This document shows, one piece after another, positions 39,508-48,648 of a DNA stretch of 64,000 nt. Source of the DNA: Macrostomum lignano (Eukaryota); contig NIVC01001070.1 of NCBI GenBank assembly GCA_002269645.1, forward strand, positions 1 to 64,000. Reading direction: 5' to 3'. How positions within the stretch are numbered: position 1 is the first letter of the stretch; each line of letters opens with the position of its first letter. The position numbers were made by a program, and so were the translations under genes. The notes below the pieces were generated by a model. That model saw nothing but the letters and a program-made list of their open reading frames with translations, was not told the origin of the DNA and ran no database searches.

Positions 39508-40259
39508 ATGGAGACAGTGCAAGACTTCAACTGCGTCAAGCGAGAGCTGCTGGCACTCAAACCGCGAGGTCCGAGCTTCAACGGGGTTGAAACGTTTGAC
39601 ATTGAATATGACGAACAGGGACCTCTCTACTTGGCCAATGCGGTCCCTGTTTTGATCGTCAAGGGCGTGCGTACTGACAACGAAGGTCGCGAATTCATCA
39701 TCATTGCACAAAAACACATTGAAGCTGCATACCCTACACTTTCAACACTGTGGCGGAGCACCTTTCCAGCGAAAGTCTAGCTCTGCTGGGCTACAACCCA
39801 GCGTTTGGAGGTGACAGTGCAGCGTTTGGGCTGGCTCACGACTTTAAAATGTACGACCAAAACGGACTGCCTGTAGAGGATTACAAAAACAAGAGCGGCT
39901 ACTACAGGATTCTGTTTACTCTCGACACGGCCGTGATTCGAGACGCTGTTTTGACCGCAATGCCAAAAATTCAACAGCTACAGTTTGTCGAAGAAGCCAA
40001 ACAGGCATTCGATCGTTGCTATTGGACGCCACCTCCAAAAATCAAGGTAGGCGCCAAGAAAGTAAGCAAGAAAGCAAAGAAACCACCAAAGCTTGTCAAG
40101 GAGAAGCAGCCAAAGGTGCCTAAAAATCAGGCCAGAAAGCGACAGCATCAATCGAAACTAGTAGCAGCCAACGAATCAAAGAAGCGGTCGAAAGCCCCCA
40201 AGAAGGATACGAAAGTAAAAACTGCCGAAAAATCTACTTGCAGAACGTCGAGTGTGTGA
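39508..40259 (+). CDS. Element ORF2 split by a -1 frame change (39508-39780 and ~39723-40259); possible OB-fold ssDNA-binding protein with Lys-rich tail
   Basis: ATG 70 nt after a TATATAAG box; the two frames overlap at 39723-39780. The C-half FKMYDQNGLP...KSGYYRILFTLD...PKIQQLQFVEE has a beta-strand pattern resembling T7 gp2.5/NCLDV-type SSBs (by eye only). Confidence 0.45.
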
Positions 40260-40717
40260 ACCGAGTGTTTTGCGCGAAATGGAGCCGCATGCCTGACTTG
40301 GACTGGGCGAGCGCACGGACATTTCGCAGACCAAGAGCTCTTATCAATTTGCGAATAGGAAAATGTACAATCAACTTTTTTCAGCGTTCTTTGTCTGCAA
40401 TTGTATTCGGTTGTCGCTCAGTCAACCAAGTTTTGCGTCTTTTTCCTCAATGTAAACCAATTTCTGTTGTTGTTACCACTAGTACTTACCGCGCTGAAGT
40501 AGACAGATGGCCAAACTTTTTCCAAATTGCATACTCCGGGTCCCGCTGGGTGAAGTGGGAGTGTGAAGTTTTCAATGGAATAGTAATAAAGTCTCCATTT
40601 CGCAATGCTAAATGTTTATTATGCGGAAAGAATGGCCGCCTTGTTTTCCTTGGAATACGAAACTTTAAAGAGCTCTGTCAAATGTACGATCATGTGACTA
40701 GCGTTTTGCATGTCTAA
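40238..40717 (+). CDS. Divergent TATA-binding-protein-like (two-repeat TBP fold) protein
   Basis: Collinear match to the TBP core: LQNV~LQNI; [28 protein letters not shown]~[41 protein letters not shown]~[38 protein letters not shown]~[26 protein letters not shown]. First ATG at 40289; the frame is open from 40124. Confidence 0.7.
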   Translation: [159 protein letters not shown]

Positions 40718-40857
40718 TCCATGTAGCTGTTGCGTAACTTTACTGCTTTACCACTGTACCGAATTTGTATGTACGTACAAGCTGCTATGAAATTGTCTAT
40801 AAATATATTGTGCATAAATTGCAGTGCACTGCAACCAACATCTTTTTGCTAAACAAA

Positions 40858-41214
40858 ATGACAAACGGAATCTCCAGACTATGTTCTTGTCGCGGCGAGC
40901 TCGCAGAGCTCGCCAAAGCCCGTCCCGCTCTTCGGCGGGCCATTATTCGAGGTGCAGGCAAGGAACTGATTCATTGTCTCTGTGAATTGAGTCACAACGT
41001 GCTCCGGGGAAATATCGATCTTTCTCCGAAACAGTATCTGCGATTAAAGCGATACAGAAGATCGTTGCGTGAATTGGCAGACACAAAATTGTCTATAAAT
41101 AGGAAGAAGAATATGCTTCTCTCGAATCCTCAAGTCGGTGGCTTTCTACCCATCCTTGCATCTGTTGCTGCACCGCTAATATCAAGCCTGTTTGGCGGAC
41201 TACTTGGTCGCTAA
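40858..41214 (+). CDS. Small basic virion-associated protein with Gly-Gly adenain-type cleavage sites (118 aa)
   Basis: ATG at 40858 after CTATAAATA; Arg/Lys-rich middle; C-terminal QVGG|FLPILASVAAPLISSLFGG|LLGR hydrophobic peptide of the kind seen in Polinton small core proteins. Confidence 0.75.
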   Translation: MTNGISRLCSCRGELAELAKARPALRRAIIRGAGKELIHCLCELSHNVLRGNIDLSPKQYLRLKRYRRSLRELADTKLSINRKKNMLLSNPQVGGFLPILASVAAPLISSLFGGLLGR

Positions 41215-41215
41215 A

Positions 41216-41866
41216 ATGAATAAATACGTTGTTGTACCAGAAGAAGAATTTAATAGACTAAGTCAAGGCGCACCCCGAGAAATTGCATCCAAAACAGAAT
41301 ATGAAAAACTCATTGAATACAACACTCAACTCCAAAATAAACTAAGTCAGATCAAGCAAAAGAAGAGTAATCGTTTTCCTGAACGACAACAACGTGTTTG
41401 GGACATGCTGACAGAAAGATACCCAAATTTGGAGTACAACAAGTCGTGGGAAATTGTATTTGATGGAAAAACCTGGCCAGGAAGCAATATTTTCGATCTA
41501 TTGAAGGAGATTACATCGAATGAAAGGCGCGACCGCCCAAGCCCAAAATATAGTACCGCTTTTTGGGCCCTGGCCGAAGAGGCAGATATTGCAAAAGCTC
41601 TACTAGGACGACGCCAACAAGAAGAAGTCAGTGTGAAAAAAGAAGTCGGCACGGATCCGGATCGAGACGATTTTTTAGTCGAGCAAGCAATTGGAACTAA
41701 TGATTTCTACAACGACTTCCACAAAGACCAAGCCAGTGGCCTGAATGAAATTAAAAAATATGAAGATCGTGGCAGCAATGCCTACAGGCATGCTTCATAC
41801 CAACTTCGCGAACCAAAGAGGCGGCAGAAACCAGCAGTAAAATACGAGACGTTAAAAAAACTATAA
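41216..41866 (+). CDS. Polinton-type accessory protein, unknown function (216 aa)
   Basis: ATG 2 nt after the previous stop; KYVVVPEEEF N-terminus, coiled-coil, and a PGSNIFDLLKEIT motif of the kind seen in Maverick accessory ORFs. Confidence 0.7.
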   Translation: MNKYVVVPEEEFNRLSQGAPREIASKTEYEKLIEYNTQLQNKLSQIKQKKSNRFPERQQRVWDMLTERYPNLEYNKSWEIVFDGKTWPGSNIFDLLKEITSNERRDRPSPKYSTAFWALAEEADIAKALLGRRQQEEVSVKKEVGTDPDRDDFLVEQAIGTNDFYNDFHKDQASGLNEIKKYEDRGSNAYRHASYQLREPKRRQKPAVKYETLKKL

Positions 41867-42003
41867 ATAGAAATCATTTTCATGATTTATAATCTGTTTT
41901 TGGATCATGGGTGCCGCAGCTGTAACTTCAAAGCTTTGCTCAGACAAACCGTCTGTGGAGTTCAAGTGTAATTACTCATGCTGTGCATCGAATCTAGTTG
42001 CGA

Positions 42004-43071
42004 ATGAGGGTGAAAACCGCTCTTCGGAGAGTGTACGAACAGGGGGACGCCGCTTTTACAAATGCTGCCCGTGTATATCAGGAGGCCAAACGGCTGGTCC
42101 CCTCCCTGACGAGACGCCAAACAGACGAATGGCTGAAGACCCAATCGAGCTACACCCGGCACAAGAGGGTTAAAAGAAAATTCCGAACCGGAAAAGTAAT
42201 GTCGGGAGGCTTCATGGAAACTGTGCAAGCGGATTTGATGGACATGTCGCGATACGAACAATGGAATGATGGTCATCGATATATTCTAGTTGCAATTGAC
42301 GTGCTTAGTAAATTGGCTTTTTGTCAGTCAATAAAATTGAAAAGCGACACTCCAAAGGCTTTTGAAAGCATGATCAAAGACTTCCCCATTAAGCCTTTAT
42401 ATCTACACGTTGATCGAGGTACCGAGTTTTATAACAATCGCATGCAGAACTTACTGAAAGCCCATAATATCAAAATGTACAGTACAAACTCTGTATACAA
42501 GGCAAATATGGCTGAAAGGCTGATTAGGACTCTCCGAAAACGTTTAGCTCGCTACTTTGAGCATAAAAACACGTGGCGTTGGATCGACTATTTGCCAATA
42601 TTGGTTAAAAGTTACAACAACACAGTACACTCTACTATTGATATGAAACCTTCGAGTGTCGGTCTGCACAATCAAAAAGAATTGTGGGAAAAGCTCTACA
42701 AGGATCCTGAATATGATGAACCAGTTTACCAAAAAGGGGACTTTGTCAGAATTTCAAAATCTCGTCGAGCCTTTGACAAGGAAGCATACGATATGTACAG
42801 CGAAGAAGTTTACGTTGTGTCTCAAGTATGCCCGGGACCGCCTCATTTTTATCGCATTTCCGACCTATCTGGAGAACAAATCGAGGGTCGATTCTACTAT
42901 AATGAACTTTCAAAGACGGTTCGACCGGACCGCTTTGTTATAGACAAAATTCTGCGTCGCAATGTCATCATCAATGGTGTCGCTCATCATTTCGTTAGTT
43001 GGCGCGGCTATCCCGAGTCGTTCAATGCATTTGTACCAGTTGAGGAAGTTATAAATATAAGACAAGGATGA
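42004..43071 (+). CDS. Retroviral-like (RVE, DDE) integrase with C-terminal chromodomain-like region (355 aa)
   Basis: Catalytic QADL..., HVDRGTEF and AERLIRTLR motifs; YNNTVHSTI; C-terminal IDKILRR...FVSWRGYPESFNAFV. Confidence 0.95.
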   Translation: MRVKTALRRVYEQGDAAFTNAARVYQEAKRLVPSLTRRQTDEWLKTQSSYTRHKRVKRKFRTGKVMSGGFMETVQADLMDMSRYEQWNDGHRYILVAIDVLSKLAFCQSIKLKSDTPKAFESMIKDFPIKPLYLHVDRGTEFYNNRMQNLLKAHNIKMYSTNSVYKANMAERLIRTLRKRLARYFEHKNTWRWIDYLPILVKSYNNTVHSTIDMKPSSVGLHNQKELWEKLYKDPEYDEPVYQKGDFVRISKSRRAFDKEAYDMYSEEVYVVSQVCPGPPHFYRISDLSGEQIEGRFYYNELSKTVRPDRFVIDKILRRNVIINGVAHHFVSWRGYPESFNAFVPVEEVINIRQG

Positions 43072-43105
43072 ACACACATACACTCGAAACGTGTAGTATA
43101 TTACA

Positions 43106-44260
43106 ATGCATCTATTCCTACCTAGCAATGCGTGCGTTGAGCACTATCCTGAGAATAATTCGGCACATTATAGCATTAATTTGCCCGACACCCTCCACTT
43201 TCCGAATCATGAAGTCTGCATCGAACGGATCTACTTTTGTAAAGAATTCAAAACCGTCCCCGATAATCGAATGGTTGATGTCCTGACCAACGCTCCCGAG
43301 GATGAAGTGATTGACATTGAGGTGAGAGAAAAACCCGCCTCCACGTATAAACAGTTTGCGTCGGTTTCTCTCGCCGCGGGGCTATCAACAGCCAACGAAG
43401 TGGTTGATGCAATCATCGCCGATCTAAAATATGAGCAAGACGATAATGCGATGATTTGCATTGAGCGTTCACAGGAAGGCCAAATTTCAATTGTGAACAA
43501 ATCATGGTATGGTGCGAACATTAGGCTGTCCAGTAATGTGCGTAGCATGTTTAAAAAGGTTGATGACGCTGGAAATAAATCAAATATCGAAGTAACGACT
43601 TTTTTATTAAACCCAAGAAATTCGTTAGTATTCGCTATAGAATTGGAGTCCTCCTCCTCCATAGAGAGTCCGATGACTCTAACGTTTGAAAAGAGTGTCT
43701 GGCCTTCTAGAACGTCACTGCGGATTGCTAAAGGATTCTACCGCACGCCTGATGAGCTCTTAAATTATGTTAATGGAGCGCTTTGGGGCGTCGTTTCAAA
43801 GCTCCCAATAAGTCCAGCGACGAGAGTGGATGCATTCCGCTACAACCCTTTTCTGAACCGGTGTGAGTACAAACCCATTGAAAACATTTTATTCGACATT
43901 GGAGAGCTTGCTGCCATTCTCGGCTTTCGCGAAGATGTTTTCAATGAAACTCCAAAGACCGCTAAACGACCAATCGATTTAACAAATGGTGTACAAACTA
44001 TGTACATCTATTCAAATATTGTCGACTCTGCCATTGTTGGAGACGTCAAAGTCCCCCTGCTTGGGGCAATTCCTTTGAATGAAAAGGTATACGGCGAACG
44101 AGAGTACTACGAGTTTGTCAATCCATCCTACTTACCGTTGGTGAAACACCCATTCAAAACCATTGAGGTGCAAATCTGTGACGATATGGGCAAGTTAATG
44201 GATCGGATTCTTCGAGGCAAAACTGTTTTATCGATCAACATTCGTGAAATTAAGCTATAA
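43106..44260 (+). CDS. Minor capsid protein (penton, single jelly roll), 384 aa
   Basis: N-terminal LFLPSN...YPENN...YSINLP and C-terminal YIYSNIVDSAIVGDVKVPLL...YLPL...IEVQICDDMG motifs typical of Polinton pentons; sits between integrase and MCP. Confidence 0.85.
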   Translation: MHLFLPSNACVEHYPENNSAHYSINLPDTLHFPNHEVCIERIYFCKEFKTVPDNRMVDVLTNAPEDEVIDIEVREKPASTYKQFASVSLAAGLSTANEVVDAIIADLKYEQDDNAMICIERSQEGQISIVNKSWYGANIRLSSNVRSMFKKVDDAGNKSNIEVTTFLLNPRNSLVFAIELESSSSIESPMTLTFEKSVWPSRTSLRIAKGFYRTPDELLNYVNGALWGVVSKLPISPATRVDAFRYNPFLNRCEYKPIENILFDIGELAAILGFREDVFNETPKTAKRPIDLTNGVQTMYIYSNIVDSAIVGDVKVPLLGAIPLNEKVYGEREYYEFVNPSYLPLVKHPFKTIEVQICDDMGKLMDRILRGKTVLSINIREIKL

Positions 44261-44304
44261 ATAAAGAAGTTTTCACGAATAAAAGGTAGCAACTGATCGA
44301 CAAT

Positions 44305-44673
44305 ATGCCTTCAATCTTGATCGGAGGAGCTTTACCGGTATTTTCCGGTGCACAGCGCGGCAACGGCCTGTTTGGCAGCATTGCCCGATTTGCCCTGCCA
44401 ATTTTAAAGAGTTTTGGCAAAAATATTCTTCGCCACGGAACACGAGCCCTAGCTACAACAGTTAGCGACACACTCGATCAAGGCGGGAACTTGAAAGAAG
44501 CGGCATTGCGTAACTCTGTCCAGGCAGCTAAAGATGCTTTCAAGGACACAGTCGCACAACGAGGTAGCGGCAGACAAAGACGAAGAAAGATGACTAACAA
44601 AAAAACGAGAAAAAGACTGCAGCATTCTGATATTTTCGACTCTATAAATAAAAAAACCCGTGCCAATAACTGA
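44305..44673 (+). CDS. Small core / membrane-active precursor protein (122 aa)
   Basis: LIGG|A and QRGNG|LFGSIARFALPILKSFGKNIL amphipathic segment; Arg/Lys-rich C-terminus QRGSGRQRRRK; lies directly upstream of the MCP. Confidence 0.75.
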   Translation: MPSILIGGALPVFSGAQRGNGLFGSIARFALPILKSFGKNILRHGTRALATTVSDTLDQGGNLKEAALRNSVQAAKDAFKDTVAQRGSGRQRRRKMTNKKTRKRLQHSDIFDSINKKTRANN

Positions 44674-44716
44674 TCTGTCTATTAGAGCACCACACTAAGC
44701 CGCTGTTGAATGAAAA

Positions 44717-46000
44717 ATGACTGAGTGCCTGTGTACAAAGTCGGAATTCGAGCTTTTTGCTCCTCGCGCACACCAAATTGCTGCAATTAGCGCCACCACT
44801 GAAGAAGTTCACCCTGTTGCCAGTGTTGAAAATGCCAGCGTGGTCGAATTTAGGATTGTTGGTGGTGAGACGTTTATCGATCTTAACGACATTGACCTCG
44901 AGATTAAGGCCCGCGTTAAGCAGTCTAATGGTACAAATCTTGCTGCTGATTCGAATGTTGCGCCGGTCAATTACGTCCTTGAAAGCATGTTTAAAAACGT
45001 CACGTTGACAATCAACGGGACACACGTAGAGTCGAGCAATAACAACCACGCTTACAAGGCCTATATTCTCACGTGTTTGAATTACGGACACGATTCAAAA
45101 ACTAATCAACTGAGAATGATGGGCTACGCAAAGGACGCTGGAGGTCAAATGGCTGTGGTTGGAAATCCTGGCTTTGTAGCCCGCAAGGCGATGGCGGCAA
45201 ACTCACGCACCTTTCACCTTTATGGACCTCTTAGTTTAGACTTTTTTGTTACCAACGACCGAATGCTACTGCCATACACTGATATGGTAATTACGCTGAC
45301 CATGCACAATTCCGGCTTCGTTCTGGAAAACCACGCGGACGGGGTTGATGCGCGGCTAGTACTCGAGAGTGCCAAACTACATGTGCGCCGCGTCAAGGCA
45401 AACCCCCAATTGGCATTGGAGATTGAAGAACAACTAGGCAAACAGAATGCAATCTATCCGATTGAGCGACTTGTTGTGCACAATACTTCAGTGGCTGGCG
45501 GTGTTCGGGACATGTCAATCAATAATATATTTCCTGAACAAAAGCCTAAACTAGTGGTTGTTGGCATGGTGAACAGCGGCGCATACAACGGTGTGGCTAC
45601 ACATAACCCGTTTAATTTTGAACCGTTTGGGGCAGACAGTGTCGCTCTGTATAAGGACGGAGTCAGTCTGTGTGGACAACCGTTTACTCCTCGATTCGGT
45701 GTTCATAACTATGCTCGCGAGTATGCCATGCTACTAAAAAGCCTAGGAAAGATGAATCGGGACCTTGATATTGACGTATCATATTCCGACTATGGAGCTG
45801 GCTACTGCTTCTTCGCCTGGAATCTCATGCCCGACATGGAGCTGGGCGGGCATAGCATGCCTCGCGAGCGAGGGAATCTGACGCTACAAATAAAGTTTTC
45901 TGCTGCCTTGGCCGCAGGAATCAACGTGTTGGTGTTTGGCTACTTTGACAATACTGTGCAGATCACTCGCGGTCGTCAGGTTATTCTAGACTACGTGTAG
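44717..46000 (+). CDS. Major capsid protein (double jelly roll, hexon-like), 427 aa
   Basis: SEFELF...HP...VEF...FIDL N-terminus; PKLVVVGMV...AYNG...NPFNF...YAREY...GYCFFAWNL...G.L.L.IKF motifs of Polinton MCPs; uninterrupted ORF. Confidence 0.92.
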   Translation: MTECLCTKSEFELFAPRAHQIAAISATTEEVHPVASVENASVVEFRIVGGETFIDLNDIDLEIKARVKQSNGTNLAADSNVAPVNYVLESMFKNVTLTINGTHVESSNNNHAYKAYILTCLNYGHDSKTNQLRMMGYAKDAGGQMAVVGNPGFVARKAMAANSRTFHLYGPLSLDFFVTNDRMLLPYTDMVITLTMHNSGFVLENHADGVDARLVLESAKLHVRRVKANPQLALEIEEQLGKQNAIYPIERLVVHNTSVAGGVRDMSINNIFPEQKPKLVVVGMVNSGAYNGVATHNPFNFEPFGADSVALYKDGVSLCGQPFTPRFGVHNYAREYAMLLKSLGKMNRDLDIDVSYSDYGAGYCFFAWNLMPDMELGGHSMPRERGNLTLQIKFSAALAAGINVLVFGYFDNTVQITRGRQVILDYV

Positions 46001-46050
46001 AAACAAACATCTCTTTTTTATTCTCGAATAACGACCATATTCATGCCGAT

Positions 46051-46500
46051 ATGAATAGTCTAGATATATTAGAACGTCTAATACTACCTGTCCCTGTTCG
46101 AGTAACACCAGTTGACAGGATTCCGCAGCCTGTTTATCCTGCTGCATACGTGATTAACTTTGACACTGGCAATCTACCAGGCACTCACTGGGCTTTAATT
46201 TGTCTTCATGCCGATGAGAGCGTGACATTTTTTGACCCCTTGTGTATCGATCCTGTGCCAGATTTATTAAAGTTGTGGATCGCAAAGTATGTCCCTGTGG
46301 AGGTGGCCATGAACCGGCATCCTGTACAGCATCAGCTAAGTGTGACCTGCGGGGCTCATGTAATATTTGTGGCTGAAAAACACTTTCTGGAGGGTCTGTC
46401 AATTGAAAAAATATTGCGCGACTGTTATAGCACAAATCTTTACGAAAACGACTTGATGGTGCAGAATCACTGTCTACAAATAAAGCAGCATCATCCATAA
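46051..46500 (+). CDS. Adenain-like (clan CE) cysteine maturation protease, 149 aa
   Basis: INFD...GTHW (His), FFDP (Asp), QHQLSVTCG (oxyanion Gln, catalytic Cys). Confidence 0.92.
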   Translation: MNSLDILERLILPVPVRVTPVDRIPQPVYPAAYVINFDTGNLPGTHWALICLHADESVTFFDPLCIDPVPDLLKLWIAKYVPVEVAMNRHPVQHQLSVTCGAHVIFVAEKHFLEGLSIEKILRDCYSTNLYENDLMVQNHCLQIKQHHP

Positions 46501-46502
46501 AT

Positions 46503-47153
46503 ATGATTGGGCTGCCTATCAAAATGTATCAAACAATAGACCCCGACTCTTTAAAATTTGCCCCCAAAACGTCGGCAATTTTTGCTGGGGTGGCTCAAAG
46601 CGGCAAGACCACACTTGTGAAAAACCTATTGAGACAAGAATTTTTTCAAGATCCGAAGCCGATTCGCGTAGACTGGTTTGGCCACTATCCGGATCCTGAA
46701 CTGTTTGAATTGCCGTACCCTGTAAATTTTCGTTCGTGTACATTTGATCCTGAACAATATGTCCCTGAACCAAATATTCTGCTTGTCGTCGACGACCAAA
46801 TGCATGCCATGGAAAAGAGTGGCGCTTTTACAACTTTTTTCACGCGCAAAGTCTCCCACGTGGGGTTCCGACTTTGGTATCTTGTGCAAAACCTGTTTGC
46901 AAAGGGTAAGGAGCACCGAACTCAGTTGCTCAATTCGAACTACCTTGTTTTATTCCGCAATGTACGGGATGCCAGCACAGTGTCTCATATTGCAAGGCAG
47001 CTGGTCCCCACTAATCCAAAAAGTTTTGTCAAAACGTATGAGGATGCTACTCGCGACCCCTACTCATACTTGATTGTAAACTGTTTGCAAAATGCTCCTG
47101 CTCGCTATTATTCAAACGTTTTGGGTCGTCACCCAATTGTGTATGCTAAATAA
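46503..47153 (+). CDS. A32/FtsK-like genome-packaging ATPase, 216 aa
   Basis: Walker A GVAQSGKTT, Walker B LLVVDD, YLVQN and LFRNVRD motifs, and a terminal PYSYLIV motif. Confidence 0.93.
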   Translation: MIGLPIKMYQTIDPDSLKFAPKTSAIFAGVAQSGKTTLVKNLLRQEFFQDPKPIRVDWFGHYPDPELFELPYPVNFRSCTFDPEQYVPEPNILLVVDDQMHAMEKSGAFTTFFTRKVSHVGFRLWYLVQNLFAKGKEHRTQLLNSNYLVLFRNVRDASTVSHIARQLVPTNPKSFVKTYEDATRDPYSYLIVNCLQNAPARYYSNVLGRHPIVYAK

Positions 47154-47317
47154 ATATACGTATCAAAGTTCGGCCGGCTTTTTGTGTAAATATATATACG
47201 CCTTTTGAAAACTTATTTGGGAGAGGGGTTGGGGGATGACGTAATTGTCTCGGAGTGTCGACGAGGGCTGAATTCTAGAGGGATGGAGTATGGTGTGAGT
47301 GGAAATAACAGGCTGCA

Positions 47318-47827
47318 GCAGAGGGGTGGACAGCGGCGATTTACTGGCTGACTGACTCATCATGCCTCCGCGCGGGGCCGCCAATTTTGTGGGGGTCACA
47401 GACAATTCTGTGCGTACACCAATTTTGGGTGTATATATGGACAGTAAATATGGACAAGTAATAATATGGACAGTTATGGGGTGGGCGGACGCTACAATTC
47501 TGCCAATTTTTGGTATATGGACAGTTAATATGGACAGTTAATTCTGCGTACACCAATGCTGCATTGTGTGGGGATGGGGGCGCGCGCGCTTCTGCGTACA
47601 ACAACTGTGAAGCGCTAATTATGCGTACTATATTGTACTCGTCGCTGCTGTACGATACAGTGTACACTGATTACATGTATAGATTTTACATGAGAGTATA
47701 AATGTCTCACATAATGACTCTGGACCAATTAGAATCGGTCTAATGTATTTAGATAGGCGTTGAATTTGCATTGGCTCTGACACCCACCTCACCTCCAAAA
47801 CCCAGCAGTTTTGGCGCGATACGTAGT
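47318..47827 (+). repeat. Right terminal inverted repeat (510 bp)
   Basis: Reverse complement of the left TIR without the 85-bp duplication. Confidence 0.95.
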
Positions 47828-48648
47828 AAGGATTCACATTGAGAAGGCTTCATGTTGAGAAGGATTCATGTTGAGAAGGTTTCATGTTGAGAAGGCTTCA
47901 TGTTGAGAAGGATTCACATTGAGAATGCTTCATGTTGAGAAGGCTTCATCTTGGGAAGGTTTCATGTTGAGAAGGTTTCATGTTGAGAAGGCTTCATCTT
48001 GGGAAGGTTTCATCTTGAGAAGGTTTCATGTTGAGAAGGCTTCATGTTGAGAAGGTTTCATCTTGGGAAGGTTTCATGTTGAGAAGGTTTCATCTTGGGA
48101 AGGTTTCATGTTGAGAAGGTTTCATGTTGAGAAGGTTTCATGTTGAGGTTTCATCTTGAGAAGGTTTCATGTTGAGAAGGCTTCATCTTGGGAAGGTTTC
48201 ATCTTGAGAAGGTTTCATGTTGAGAAGGTTTCATGTTGAGAAGGCTTCATGTTGAGAAGGTTTCATCTTGGGAAGGTTTCATGTTGAGAAGGCTTCATCT
48301 TGGGAAGGTTTCATGTTGAGAAGGTTTCATGTTGAGAAGGCTTCATCTTGGGAAGGTTTCATGTTGAGAAGGATTCATGTTGAAAGGTTTCATGTTGAGA
48401 AGGCTTCATCTTGGGAAGGTTTCATGTTGAGAAGGTTTCATGTTGAGAAGGTTTCATGTTGAGAAGGTTTCATGTTGAGAAGGTTTCATGTTGAGGTTTC
48501 ATCTTGAGAAGGTTTCATGTTGAGAAGGCTTCATCTTGGGAAGGTTTCATCTTGAGAAGGTTTCATGTTGAGAAGGTTTCATGTTGAGAAGGCTTCATCT
48601 TGGGAAGGTTTCATGTTGAGAAGGCTTCATGTTGAGAAGGTTTCATCT
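47828..48648 (+). repeat. 16-bp satellite, right part (about 51 copies)
   Basis: Same unit as 37553-37684, with CATCTTGGGAAGG variants. Confidence 0.97.

Larger units (their letters stand above)
37685..47827 (+). mobile_element. Polinton/Maverick-like (adintovirus-like) endogenous viral element, 10143 bp, lacking a DNA polymerase gene
   Basis: TIRs starting ACTACGTA and ending TACGTAGT; 6-bp TSD AAGGAT at 37679-37684 and 47828-47833; integrase, minor and major capsid, adenain protease and A32-like ATPase ORFs all on the plus strand. Confidence 0.95.

Noticed and set aside
41907-42173. Alternative-frame ORFs overlapping the integrase and other viral genes
   Set aside because: Short, no motifs, and fully explained as shadow frames of the strong core ORFs.
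48268-48462. ORFs in the 16-bp satellite and in the 63.2-63.7 kb minisatellite
   Set aside because: Pure repeat translations; the latter lies within a phase-consistent intron.
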